From contig CALIBI010000022.1 of NCBI GenBank assembly GCA_938045815.1, forward strand, positions 8,034 to 72,033: a DNA stretch of 64,000 nt, given 5' to 3'. Each line of letters opens with the position of its first letter. Within the stretch, counting starts at the first letter, position 1. The stretch comes from an uncultured Sulfolobales archaeon (GTDB taxonomy: Archaea; Thermoproteota; Thermoprotei_A; Sulfolobales; NBVN01). The position numbers were made by a program, and so were the translations under genes. Positions 19,337 through 28,364 of this stretch are shown in pieces. The notes beneath the pieces are model-generated. The model was not told the DNA's origin. It ran no database searches and worked only from the letters and a program-made list of their open reading frames with translations.

Positions 19337-20659
19337 ATGAGGAGAAACGCTGTAGTTGTTGGGTACTGGAAAACTATTAAGTATAGTGTGCATGCTTTGC
19401 TGGGTGCTGCAGAAGAACACGAGCTACATAAAGATATAGATTTCTACCTAGTTTCAGTAGATGATTTGCTGCGTACAGTCAACGAGCTAAGAACTAAGTA
19501 CTCAAGAATCATGTATATGCAGACACTACTAACCACAGATCTATTATCAAAACATGAGAAGCTCGCTGAGATTAATAGAAAGTTACGTGACTTAGGTATC
19601 GTAAGTGTTGCTGGCGGTCCTCACGCAACCGGAGACCCCTTCGGTACAGTTATTTCGCTAGGTTTCGAGTACGCTTTCCTGGGTGATGTGGAAGACCTAC
19701 TCCCGCAAGTAGTAGAGCTAGGACTTAATTATAGAGATCCTTCAAGTGTTGTAGGCGTATTCTATGTTGATGATTCAGGCAAGTTCGTGTTTAGGGGTAG
19801 GGGATTTACTAAGGAACTAGATAAGTACCCACCATTCTCGCCAAAACTCAATTTATTCAGCCCTATAGAAATAACTAGGGGGTGCCGCTATTCATGTAGT
19901 TTCTGTCAAGTCAGCTATATACACACCGCCATAACTAGACATAGGAGCATAGAAAACATAACATTCTGGTGTAAGTACCTGCTAAGCAGAGGTATCAGAG
20001 ACTTAAGGTTCATAACCCCTGACGCGCTTTCTTACGAGGACCCAAGAACTAATCGGGACTTCATCGAGCTTTTATCAGAGCTAAGTAAGTTGAGGACCGC
20101 GGGAGGTAAGGTATACTTCGGCACCTTCCCGTCAGAAATGAGACCTGAAAAAATCAATCAAGAGGTATCTAGGTTTTTGAGGACTCACGTCGATAACAAA
20201 AGAGTCAATATAGGTGCTCAGACAGGTTCTGACGAGTTACTAAAGAAAATTAAGAGAGGACATACCTCAGAAGACGTTTTGAACGCTTTGGAAGCACTTA
20301 GTAGTGTTGGCTTGTCCGCGGAAGTTGATTACATTATTGGGTTGCCTGACGAGACTCTGGAGGACCAGCAACTAACTATTGAGCATATGAGGAAAGTGAT
20401 TAGTAAAGGTGGGAGGATCCGGATACACTACTTTATACCCCTGCCGGGAACTCCCTACGCGTTAAGAAACCCTTCAGAGATCTCAACTCAATTCAGGCGT
20501 GAGTTAATGAGATTGGTTGGTAGTGGTAAGGCGCGCGGGAACTGGCTGAATCAGGAGAATGCTGTGAGAGAGTTACTGAGGCTCAGGGATGAGGGTGTGA
20601 TTCTCCTAACCTCAGATAGAGCTCGTAACGTTCTTTCAGGTTCTTTGAGAAAGGCTTAA
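19337..20659 (+). CDS. B12-binding-domain/radical SAM protein (MJ1487-like family)
   Basis: CxxxCxxC in 'TRGCRYSCSFCQV', with an N-terminal Rossmann-like B12-type domain. Function unknown. Confidence 0.75.
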   Translation: MRRNAVVVGYWKTIKYSVHALLGAAEEHELHKDIDFYLVSVDDLLRTVNELRTKYSRIMYMQTLLTTDLLSKHEKLAEINRKLRDLGIVSVAGGPHATGDPFGTVISLGFEYAFLGDVEDLLPQVVELGLNYRDPSSVVGVFYVDDSGKFVFRGRGFTKELDKYPPFSPKLNLFSPIEITRGCRYSCSFCQVSYIHTAITRHRSIENITFWCKYLLSRGIRDLRFITPDALSYEDPRTNRDFIELLSELSKLRTAGGKVYFGTFPSEMRPEKINQEVSRFLRTHVDNKRVNIGAQTGSDELLKKIKRGHTSEDVLNALEALSSVGLSAEVDYIIGLPDETLEDQQLTIEHMRKVISKGGRIRIHYFIPLPGTPYALRNPSEISTQFRRELMRLVGSGKARGNWLNQENAVRELLRLRDEGVILLTSDRARNVLSGSLRKA

Positions 20660-21296
20660 TCCTTATTCCCCATCTTAGTTTAAATATTGTTGAGAGAATA
20701 GAGTAGCTTGGCACTGGTTTCACGAAATTCCTGCGAATCGCCTCAAGAACTCCTTCCACACTAAATTCGCTCACCTCAAAAATATTCCTTGAGGACCCGA
20801 TCCCTTCAACTGTGTGTGCGTCCGAATTAGAGAGGAGTGGCTTACCTAAATTCCTTAGGTAGAAAAAAGAAACGAGATTCGATAATAGGTCTGAAGAAGA
20901 ATTGAATACTTCGTAAGCATCCCATAAAGAAACGTACTTGGACCTAACCCCTACACCTAGTCTTAGAACGTCGAAGGGGTGAGCAGGTATTAATAAACAA
21001 TGATTTTTCAGAGCTTCATCTCGTAAAATTAGTGGGTTCGCAGAGATCCTAATAGGTGTTTGACACAAAACTAACACATCACCCCATAAAGTCCTGATTT
21101 CAGCTCCCGGTATAACGAGTAGTTTCTTAGTGTTTCCTGTCTTAAGTATTGCTGACAGAGACCCAAGGAAAGTATTGTGATCCGTTATTGAAATAACGCT
21201 GAGACCTTTCTTAATAGAATACTTAACTATTTCTTCCGGTGATGCTTCACCATCGCTCACGTATGAGTGGATATGTAGGTCTCCTTGAATCATCAT
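20583..21296 (-). CDS. PHP-domain metal-dependent phosphoesterase
   Basis: 'GDLHIHSYVSDGEASPEEIV' and 'ISITDHNT'. Its 3' end overlaps the convergent radical SAM gene by 77 nt. Confidence 0.8.
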   Translation of the reverse strand: MMIQGDLHIHSYVSDGEASPEEIVKYSIKKGLSVISITDHNTFLGSLSAILKTGNTKKLLVIPGAEIRTLWGDVLVLCQTPIRISANPLILRDEALKNHCLLIPAHPFDVLRLGVGVRSKYVSLWDAYEVFNSSSDLLSNLVSFFYLRNLGKPLLSNSDAHTVEGIGSSRNIFEVSEFSVEGVLEAIRRNFVKPVPSYSILSTIFKLRWGIRIKPFSKNLKERYELYLRLGESHPHP

Positions 21297-21321
21297 TAAT
21301 GATACCTTCTAGCACATTTCT

Positions 21322-22758
21322 CTAGGCGGTTTTCAGTGACTTCAGTATTTCGTGGTTCTTATACCAGGTTGTGAGGAAGTAGTAAGCCTTAGCTGCTTCC
21401 TCAGGTGATTTGAACGTGGGTATTCTAGCCTCGAATTCTATCTTCTTTAAGTTGTTTACTGTGTACTCCCCACCTGGAGCTACGAAAACTATTGGTTTCT
21501 CATATTCTTTCACTAGTCTCTTCATGCTTTCAAGAACTTCTAGAGGTTTAAATGCTGGTGACTGCATTATCCCTATGACTATTACTAGGTCCACGTTTTC
21601 GTCTTTCATTACTGCTTCCATAGCTACCTCATATCTTTCTGGTGGTGCGTCACCAAGTATATCAACAGGGTTGTTTAGAGATGCTGCTGGAGGTAACTTG
21701 CTTCTTAAGTATTTTTTGGTTTCCTCAGATAACTCGACGAGACGCAGTCCTAGAAGCTCTACGGCATCAGTCGTTAATACTCCTGCACCACCACCGTTTG
21801 TCACTATAGCTACCTTATTGCCGCGTGGAGCGGGCAACCAACTGAGTGCTTTAGCAGCTAGTACGAATTCATCTAGTTCATTGACTACTAAGGCGCCGTT
21901 TTGTGTTAAACCAGCTTCATAGACTTTGTACGAGCCTGCTAGGGAACCGGTATGTGATGACACTGCTCTAATACCTTTCTCAGACTTGCCTGCTTTTAAT
22001 ACTATGACGGGTTTCCCAGCCACGGTAGCTTTCCTCACTACCTTAAGTAGGTTCTTGCCATCCTCAACTCCCTCAATATACATCATTATAACCTTAGTTT
22101 CTGGGTCTTCAATCAAGTACTCCAGAAGCTCCCATTCTTTCACATCGGCCGCGTTACCGTAACTAATAAACTTACTCATACCAATATTGTATTCTGCTAG
22201 CCAATCAAGTAGTGCCGCACCTAACGCGCCCGACTGAGAGAGGAACGCAACGTTACCGGGCGGCGGCACTTTCTGTCTGTCGGGCGGGTTAAATATGGTG
22301 TTGAGTCTTGAGTATGCGTCATAAACACCTAAACAATTAGGTCCTATTACTCTGATTCCGCGTTCTCTGGCTACGCTGACTAACATTTTCTCAAGTTTTT
22401 CTCCTTCTTCTCCTACCTCCTTAAAGCCCGCGCTTATCACTATGGCTGCTTTAACTCCTCTACTTCCACACTCATCGAGTACTTGAGGCACTATCTTAGC
22501 TGGTACAGCAACTACTATCAGATCCGGAGTCTCAGGGAGTTCACTGCATGATTTGTAAGCCTTTAAGCCTGAGACTACGTCGTACTTAGGATTCACCGGA
22601 TATATAGCACCCTTAAACTTACTGACTAGATTGTCCATTATTGCCCTGCCTATAGTGCCTTCAACGATAGATGCACCTAATACAGCCACACTTCTCGGTT
22701 TGAAAAAGTAGGTTAGGTCCGGTGCTCTCGCGTTCTCCAAGCGTATCAGCACCCCCAC
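21322..22758 (-). CDS. acdA: Acetyl-CoA synthetase (ADP-forming), alpha subunit / CoA-binding succinyl-CoA-synthetase-like protein
   Basis: 'PRSVAVLGAS', 'GPNCLG', 'SQSGALGAA', phospho-His loop 'VSSHTGSLAGS'. Confidence 0.85.
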   Translation of the reverse strand: MGVLIRLENARAPDLTYFFKPRSVAVLGASIVEGTIGRAIMDNLVSKFKGAIYPVNPKYDVVSGLKAYKSCSELPETPDLIVVAVPAKIVPQVLDECGSRGVKAAIVISAGFKEVGEEGEKLEKMLVSVARERGIRVIGPNCLGVYDAYSRLNTIFNPPDRQKVPPPGNVAFLSQSGALGAALLDWLAEYNIGMSKFISYGNAADVKEWELLEYLIEDPETKVIMMYIEGVEDGKNLLKVVRKATVAGKPVIVLKAGKSEKGIRAVSSHTGSLAGSYKVYEAGLTQNGALVVNELDEFVLAAKALSWLPAPRGNKVAIVTNGGGAGVLTTDAVELLGLRLVELSEETKKYLRSKLPPAASLNNPVDILGDAPPERYEVAMEAVMKDENVDLVIVIGIMQSPAFKPLEVLESMKRLVKEYEKPIVFVAPGGEYTVNNLKKIEFEARIPTFKSPEEAAKAYYFLTTWYKNHEILKSLKTA

Positions 22759-22782
22759 TAAATCTTCTTTATGGCGAGCACT

Positions 22783-22793
22783 AAAATATTTTA
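22783..22793 (+). promoter_or_regulatory. TATA-box-like element in the acdA / flavoenzyme-operon divergent region
   Basis: 'aaaatatttta' centred about 31 nt upstream of the ATG at 22819. Confidence 0.4.
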
Positions 22794-22818
22794 TCTCCTA
22801 GAAATCAGATTTTGGTTG

Positions 22819-24255
22819 ATGTGTTTGAGCGATAGAAGAATATATACACACCCAATACTAGAGTTTAAGCGTGGCAAGGAAATAACTATATTCTTCGAAG
22901 GCAAACCCATAAGAGCTTTTGAAGGTGAGTCTTTAGCTGCTGCAATCTACGCTGCAGGAATAAACGTATTCAGGTTATCACCAATCCTGAAAAGACCTAG
23001 AGCTGTTTTCTGTATGGTAGGTAAGTGTGGTTCCTGTATAGTCAGAGTTAACGGGATTCCAACACGCACGTGCGTCACACCAGCAGAGGAAAACATGAGG
23101 ATAGAGAGAATCAGTAACCTCCCTGAAGCAAGCAAGTACGAGAAGAGACTAGTTAGTGAGGAAATAGACGTTGACGTACTGATTGTTGGTGGGGGGCCTG
23201 CAGGAATGGCTTCAGCCGAGGTCTTGTGCGGCACGGACCTCAGCGTAGTACTTGTGGACGACCAAATAAGGCTTGGTGGTCAGTTAATAAAACAGACACA
23301 CATCTTCTTCGGTTCCAGAGAGTTGTTCGCTGGCAAAAGAGGTTTTGAGATTGCTGAGGAGTACTCTAATAAGCTGAGTAAGTGCCCTAACGTGAGGGTA
23401 TTAGACAGAACCACAGTGATAGGAGTGTTTAAGGAGGGTGTCGTAGCAGTTAGTGATGAAGCTACGTACTTAATAAGACCTAAGTATGTTGTGGTTGCGG
23501 CTGGTGCTTACGAGAACTACTTAGTGTTCGAGAATAATGACTTACCGGGAATTATGGGTGCTGGAGGTGCGCAGACCCTAATGAATGTGTGGGGGGTTAA
23601 GCCCGGTAATGAGATCTTAGTTGTGGGTTCAGGTAATGTCGGGTTAATAATATCGTACCAGTTACTTCAGGCGGGTGCTGAGGTTAAGGCAGTTATTGAG
23701 GCCCTGCCGAGGATCGGGGGTTGGTTTGTTCACGCAGCTAAGATAAGAAGGTATGGAGTACCTATACTAACAAGCCACACCATACTAGGTGTTAAGGGTT
23801 CTGAGAGAGTTGAGGAAGCTACTATCGCTCGCGTTGATGAGGGCTGGAACGTTATACGAGGCACTGAAAAATCACTTAAGGTAGATACGGTGTTACTAGC
23901 TGTTGGATTAACCCCGAACACAGAGATAGTGAGGCAGTTTGGAGTAGCTATGAAGTACATACCTGAGCTCGGGGGCTTAGTGCCTCTGAGAACTCCGTAT
24001 ATGGAGACCTCAGTAGAGAACGTTTTCGTAGCAGGAGATCTAGCGGCAATTGAGGAAGCAACCACAGCGTTTATTGAGGGATGGATTGCTGGGTACTCTA
24101 TACTGATTAAAGCTCACGGCATGAAGGAAGAATACCTCACCAAAAGAGAAAATCTTGTTAGAATGCTTTATGAGTATAGGTCCGCACCCGTTAGCGAGAA
24201 GGTTAGGAAAGGTTGGCAGTTATCTCTCATACCTTGCGAGGTGTCGGCTAAATGA
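22819..24255 (+). CDS. 2Fe-2S/FAD pyridine-nucleotide oxidoreductase subunit (sarcosine oxidase alpha / proline dehydrogenase alpha-like)
   Basis: 'CMVGKCGSCIVRVNG', 'VLIVGGGPAGMASA', 'VVGSGNVGLII'. I prefer the ATG at 22819, about 30 nt after TATA-like 22783-22793; the ORF track start is 22771. Confidence 0.75.
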   Translation: MCLSDRRIYTHPILEFKRGKEITIFFEGKPIRAFEGESLAAAIYAAGINVFRLSPILKRPRAVFCMVGKCGSCIVRVNGIPTRTCVTPAEENMRIERISNLPEASKYEKRLVSEEIDVDVLIVGGGPAGMASAEVLCGTDLSVVLVDDQIRLGGQLIKQTHIFFGSRELFAGKRGFEIAEEYSNKLSKCPNVRVLDRTTVIGVFKEGVVAVSDEATYLIRPKYVVVAAGAYENYLVFENNDLPGIMGAGGAQTLMNVWGVKPGNEILVVGSGNVGLIISYQLLQAGAEVKAVIEALPRIGGWFVHAAKIRRYGVPILTSHTILGVKGSERVEEATIARVDEGWNVIRGTEKSLKVDTVLLAVGLTPNTEIVRQFGVAMKYIPELGGLVPLRTPYMETSVENVFVAGDLAAIEEATTAFIEGWIAGYSILIKAHGMKEEYLTKRENLVRMLYEYRSAPVSEKVRKGWQLSLIPCEVSAK

Positions 24256-24746
24256 GGCACTTCAAAGAAACAGGGGTGGTTGATCTAGACACACTAACTA
24301 AGATGGGTTATGTTCCAGACGAGATTAGATTACGTAGGGGTCCCGTAGCTATCTACGAATGCGTAGAAGAGATTCCGTGTAATGTGTGCGTGTTTTCATG
24401 CCCATTCAATGCTGTTTCTAAAAACAAAATAACTGACCTGCCTCAAATAGACTTCAGTAGATGTACTGGTTGCGGGGTATGTGTTGGGAGGTGTCCAGGT
24501 CTAGCCATCTTCGTAGTAGATGTCTCGAAAGAAGGAGATACTGGTTATGTCACACTACCTCACGAACTATTCCCCACACCCTCAAAGGATGGAGAGGTAG
24601 TTCTTTTAGACCGTGAGGGTAGGGAGGTTGGTAAGGGTACCGTAACGCGAGTCTATAGAGATAAGATAACTAAGTCTTGGGTAGTCACAGTCTCGGTCCC
24701 TAAAGATTTAGTTATGGTTGTGAGAGCTATTAAGGTGATTAGGTGA
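24252..24746 (+). CDS. 4Fe-4S ferredoxin-type subunit of the flavoenzyme complex
   Basis: Cys clusters 'CNVCVFSCP' and 'CTGCGVCVGRCP'. ATGA overlap with the upstream gene. Confidence 0.7.
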   Translation: MRHFKETGVVDLDTLTKMGYVPDEIRLRRGPVAIYECVEEIPCNVCVFSCPFNAVSKNKITDLPQIDFSRCTGCGVCVGRCPGLAIFVVDVSKEGDTGYVTLPHELFPTPSKDGEVVLLDREGREVGKGTVTRVYRDKITKSWVVTVSVPKDLVMVVRAIKVIR

Positions 24747-25021
24747 TGGTGAAGCTGCTCTGCATATGTGAGGAGATATCACTAGAAGAGGTTCAGAAGG
24801 TAATAGAAGAAGAAGGTATTAAAGACATAGAGACTCTCAAAAGAAGACTCAGATTAGGTATGGGTCCTTGCGGAGGTCGTTACTGCATAAGCACCTTACT
24901 GCGTATGTATCCACAACTCTTCGGTACTACAGCTAGAGAAAAAAGTGATGCAGAGTTGAGAGTCCCCCCATCAAGACCTCCCCTAAAGCCGGTGCCTCTA
25001 TACATATTCAAGGAGAGGTGA
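24743..25021 (+). CDS. BFD-like [2Fe-2S]-binding small subunit
   Basis: 'CICEEISLEEV...GMGPCGGRYC' pattern. 4-nt overlap with the upstream gene. Confidence 0.7.
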   Translation: MMVKLLCICEEISLEEVQKVIEEEGIKDIETLKRRLRLGMGPCGGRYCISTLLRMYPQLFGTTAREKSDAELRVPPSRPPLKPVPLYIFKER

Positions 25022-25029
25022 GTTGAGAG

Positions 25030-26169
25030 TTGCAGCTTATTGAAGTAGCGATAATAGGCGGTGGTTCCACAGGACTTATGACTGCTTACTACCTAGCTAA
25101 AGAAGGCATTAAAAACATCCACGTGTTTGAGGAGAAGTACTTAGGCTTCGGTAGCACGGGCAGGTGTGCGGGCGGTATTAGAGCTTCGTTCGCTTCGGAT
25201 GTCCACATAAAGCTAATGAAGGAATCAATAAGTAAGTGGCTATCTCTAAAGGAAGAAATCATTGGTCTAGATTTCGTGCAGGACGGATACTTATGGTTAC
25301 TGACCACTGAAGAACTTGTAGAGCTTCATAAGAAGTTATCAGCTTACCAGAATAGTTTGGGGGTCCCTACACGCATGCTCGATAGAGACGAGATAAGAAA
25401 TCTAGTGCCAATAGAAATGAATGACGTTATAGCAGCACTCTACGATCCTATGGCTGGTAAGGCATCCCCACTAAAGTTTCTTGGATCTGTAAGGAGGAGG
25501 TTGAGAGAGTTAGGCGTTGCTATTCACGAGTACACCCCAGTCACTGAGGTGAGGGTGTCTGGCGGTAGGGCGTGTTCTATAGTTCTTGATGGAGGGAGAG
25601 AAATTCGGGTGGGTGGGTACGTAGTAGTAGCTGCTGGCGTGTGGAGTAAGGACTTACTAGAAAAGCTAGGTGTTAAGATACCGCTTAAGAAAGATCCACA
25701 TCACCTCCTAGTAACTGAGAAGTACACGCACTTCATCAAACCCTTAGTCATACATAAGGAGACAGGCTCCTATATCGTTCAACACGAGACAGGAAGTCTT
25801 CTAGTAGGTGCGGAATTCCCGGTACCTGAGGGAGACGAGACTTTGAGGTATGGATACCTGAAGAAAGCAGTAACTATAATGTCTAGATACTTCCCTCAAA
25901 TACTAGGCATCAACCTGCTTAGAGTATGGATAGGCTATTATGAGGTCACGCCAGACCACCACCCTATAGTGGGGGGAGTCCCACATATAGAGAACCTTGT
26001 TACTGCGACAGGGTTTAGTGGGCACGGATATATGATGGCTCCCGTGATAGGTGAGGAACTCAAGAACATAATTTTAGAAGGCAAGCCTAGAATACCCGAG
26101 ACTAAGGAATTGAGGCTGGAGAGGTTTGAGGAAGGTAAGCTGCTTAAGGAAAGCGCGATATTCGGTTAA
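25030..26169 (+). CDS. FAD-dependent oxidoreductase (DAO family; sarcosine oxidase beta / L-proline dehydrogenase beta-like)
   Basis: TTG start. 'VAIIGGGSTGLMTAYYLAKEG' dinucleotide fold and C-terminal 'GFSGHGYMMAP'. Confidence 0.8.
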   Translation: MQLIEVAIIGGGSTGLMTAYYLAKEGIKNIHVFEEKYLGFGSTGRCAGGIRASFASDVHIKLMKESISKWLSLKEEIIGLDFVQDGYLWLLTTEELVELHKKLSAYQNSLGVPTRMLDRDEIRNLVPIEMNDVIAALYDPMAGKASPLKFLGSVRRRLRELGVAIHEYTPVTEVRVSGGRACSIVLDGGREIRVGGYVVVAAGVWSKDLLEKLGVKIPLKKDPHHLLVTEKYTHFIKPLVIHKETGSYIVQHETGSLLVGAEFPVPEGDETLRYGYLKKAVTIMSRYFPQILGINLLRVWIGYYEVTPDHHPIVGGVPHIENLVTATGFSGHGYMMAPVIGEELKNIILEGKPRIPETKELRLERFEEGKLLKESAIFG

Positions 26170-26204
26170 GATTCAATAAACAGCGGTAATGTTTATTAGT
26201 TCTC

Positions 26205-27494
26205 CTACTCCAGAAACTCAGGCCTTTTTTCGTATATAGGTCCTATCAAGACTACGTCTACGTAGTCCCCCTCATCATAACCCTCAATATTTTCATTAAC
26301 GACTAGTATAGCATTACCTTTTATAAGGGTTGATATGATTCCTGATCCAGTTAGTCTCAGTGGTTCCATGAACAGTTCATTGTCTTCACGATAAACAACT
26401 ACTCTGAAGAAAGACTTAAACCCAACAACGTTAGTTACTCTCCTACGTACCTTAACCCTCAAAGTAGGTTCTGGAAGTAACGTGGCTCCGGTAAGATGCT
26501 TGATTAGAGGCTTAAAGAAAGCTTCAAGACCTACTAAAGCTGCTACGGGAAGACCCGAAAACATTAGTACGGGTTTTCCTTTAATCAAGTATGCTCCAGC
26601 TGTTCTGCCAGGTCTTAAGTTAACACCGTGGAAAATCAGGGTAGCGTCACTAATTCTTGAGAGAGCTTCAGGAACTAGGTCCTTACCACCAACAGAAGTT
26701 CCTCCAGTCGTTATGAGTATATCGAAGTCTTGTAAAGACCTCAAAACAGTTTTGAGTATTTCCTCCTCATCATCAGGCACTACACCAATTAAGACAGGTT
26801 CACAACCAAGTTCTTTCAAGTACGCGTATATTAGGGGTCCCGTAGAATTCGGTATTCTGTTATTCTCGCTAGCCATTAGCTCGCTGCCGACGTTTATGAT
26901 GCCTACCCTAGGTTTTCTGAAGACCTTAACTTCCGTAAACCCAGCTTCTATTAACGCTGCTACATGCCACGGTCTTATTATGTAACCTTTCCTGATTATT
27001 AAATCACCCGACTTAATGTCCTCGCCAGCCCTACTAACGTTCTTATATTTCTGAACCGGTCTCAACACGTGGACAGTATTTCCTTCTCTGATAGCCTCCT
27101 CAAACGGAACTACAGCATCCGAGCCTTCCGGTATTGGAGCACCAGTAAAAACTATTGCAGCTTCTCCAGCATTAATTGAGAATCGAGGAAGTTCCCCTGC
27201 TTCAACACTCCCAACGATTTTAAGGATTGCTGGATTGCTTGGTGAGGCACTCAACACGTCTAGCGACCTTACTGCGTAGCCGTCTAAAGCAGACCTATCA
27301 ACGGGCGGATAATCTCTTAGACTATGTATGTCTTCAGCCGCGATCCTGCCGACGGATTCCGTCACTGAAGTCTTCTCTTGTTCGAGAGACATATTAACTC
27401 GAGTTAGTAGTTTTGATAAAGCGCTCTCGTATTCTTCGAAACGCGTAAAACCTTCTAGTTTCTTCCTACCCATCGCGTGGACCTCCACAATCAT
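26205..27494 (-). CDS. moeA: Molybdopterin molybdenumtransferase
   Basis: 'SALDGYAVRS', 'ILITTGGTSVGGKDLV'. The ATG directly abuts the surE stop (TAAATG). Confidence 0.9.
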   Translation of the reverse strand: MIVEVHAMGRKKLEGFTRFEEYESALSKLLTRVNMSLEQEKTSVTESVGRIAAEDIHSLRDYPPVDRSALDGYAVRSLDVLSASPSNPAILKIVGSVEAGELPRFSINAGEAAIVFTGAPIPEGSDAVVPFEEAIREGNTVHVLRPVQKYKNVSRAGEDIKSGDLIIRKGYIIRPWHVAALIEAGFTEVKVFRKPRVGIINVGSELMASENNRIPNSTGPLIYAYLKELGCEPVLIGVVPDDEEEILKTVLRSLQDFDILITTGGTSVGGKDLVPEALSRISDATLIFHGVNLRPGRTAGAYLIKGKPVLMFSGLPVAALVGLEAFFKPLIKHLTGATLLPEPTLRVKVRRRVTNVVGFKSFFRVVVYREDNELFMEPLRLTGSGIISTLIKGNAILVVNENIEGYDEGDYVDVVLIGPIYEKRPEFLE

Positions 27495-28295
27495 TTAGCT
27501 AAGTAGTTTTAGTGTGTAATTAAGGTGGTTTACTAACTCGTTAAGGAGAGGATCTAGCTCACCGCAACCACTTAATGCTGGGTGTGTTAAGTCTATCTTT
27601 AATGGTGTGAGAACTACGTAACCCTCACCAAGGTAGTAAGAGTCTGTGTCTTTCTCAGTAACCTTGCTACCAACCAACCAGTAGTACCTCCTCCCCCTAG
27701 GATCTACTCTACTCTCAAATTTCTGAAGGAATCTTAATCTCTGGGTTCGAGGCATTACTACGCCCTTAAAACCTGATTTAGGGATATTCACTGATATGGT
27801 GTCTACCCCGCTAAACCAGCCTTTACTCGCGATGAAACCTACAATAGCCTCTATTATTTTCCTAACCTTGGAAGAATATCGAGGTTCTGTTAATTCATCA
27901 TCATTCTCTACGTCAGCTGAGAAAGCAACGGATGGTATTCCTAACAAACCTGCTTCCAGAGCAGCTCCTATAGTTCCTGAGTAGAGCATATTTTGAGATG
28001 ATGTGTTCTCTCCTATATTCACTCCTGAAACTACTAAGGACGGTTCGTAGTTGAGTATCTGTAGTGCTGCGTGTACAGCATCTACGGGAGTTCCGTTTAT
28101 CACGTAGATCTTAATACCGTGTATTAAGAGTTCTCTTATGAAGAGAGGCTTATGCAGCGTTAAAGAATGAGCACCACCCGACTTAGGTACTTCGGGAATT
28201 ACTGCTAGTACCTCACCAAAAGATGATAGGGTGTGGTAAGTTAGAGGTAGTGCCTTAGTCACGAACCCATCATCATTAACTAGCAAGAGCTTCAA
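27495..28295 (-). CDS. surE: 5'/3'-nucleotidase SurE
   Basis: 'LLLVNDDGF', 'SGVNIGEN', 'YSGTIGAALEA'. Confidence 0.9.
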   Translation of the reverse strand: MKLLLVNDDGFVTKALPLTYHTLSSFGEVLAVIPEVPKSGGAHSLTLHKPLFIRELLIHGIKIYVINGTPVDAVHAALQILNYEPSLVVSGVNIGENTSSQNMLYSGTIGAALEAGLLGIPSVAFSADVENDDELTEPRYSSKVRKIIEAIVGFIASKGWFSGVDTISVNIPKSGFKGVVMPRTQRLRFLQKFESRVDPRGRRYYWLVGSKVTEKDTDSYYLGEGYVVLTPLKIDLTHPALSGCGELDPLLNELVNHLNYTLKLLS

Positions 28296-28364
28296 GTAAG
28301 TAAACCCCCACTCAAACTATTTATTTCTAACTAAGAAATTAAGTAAATGTGAGGCTGTGATGGT

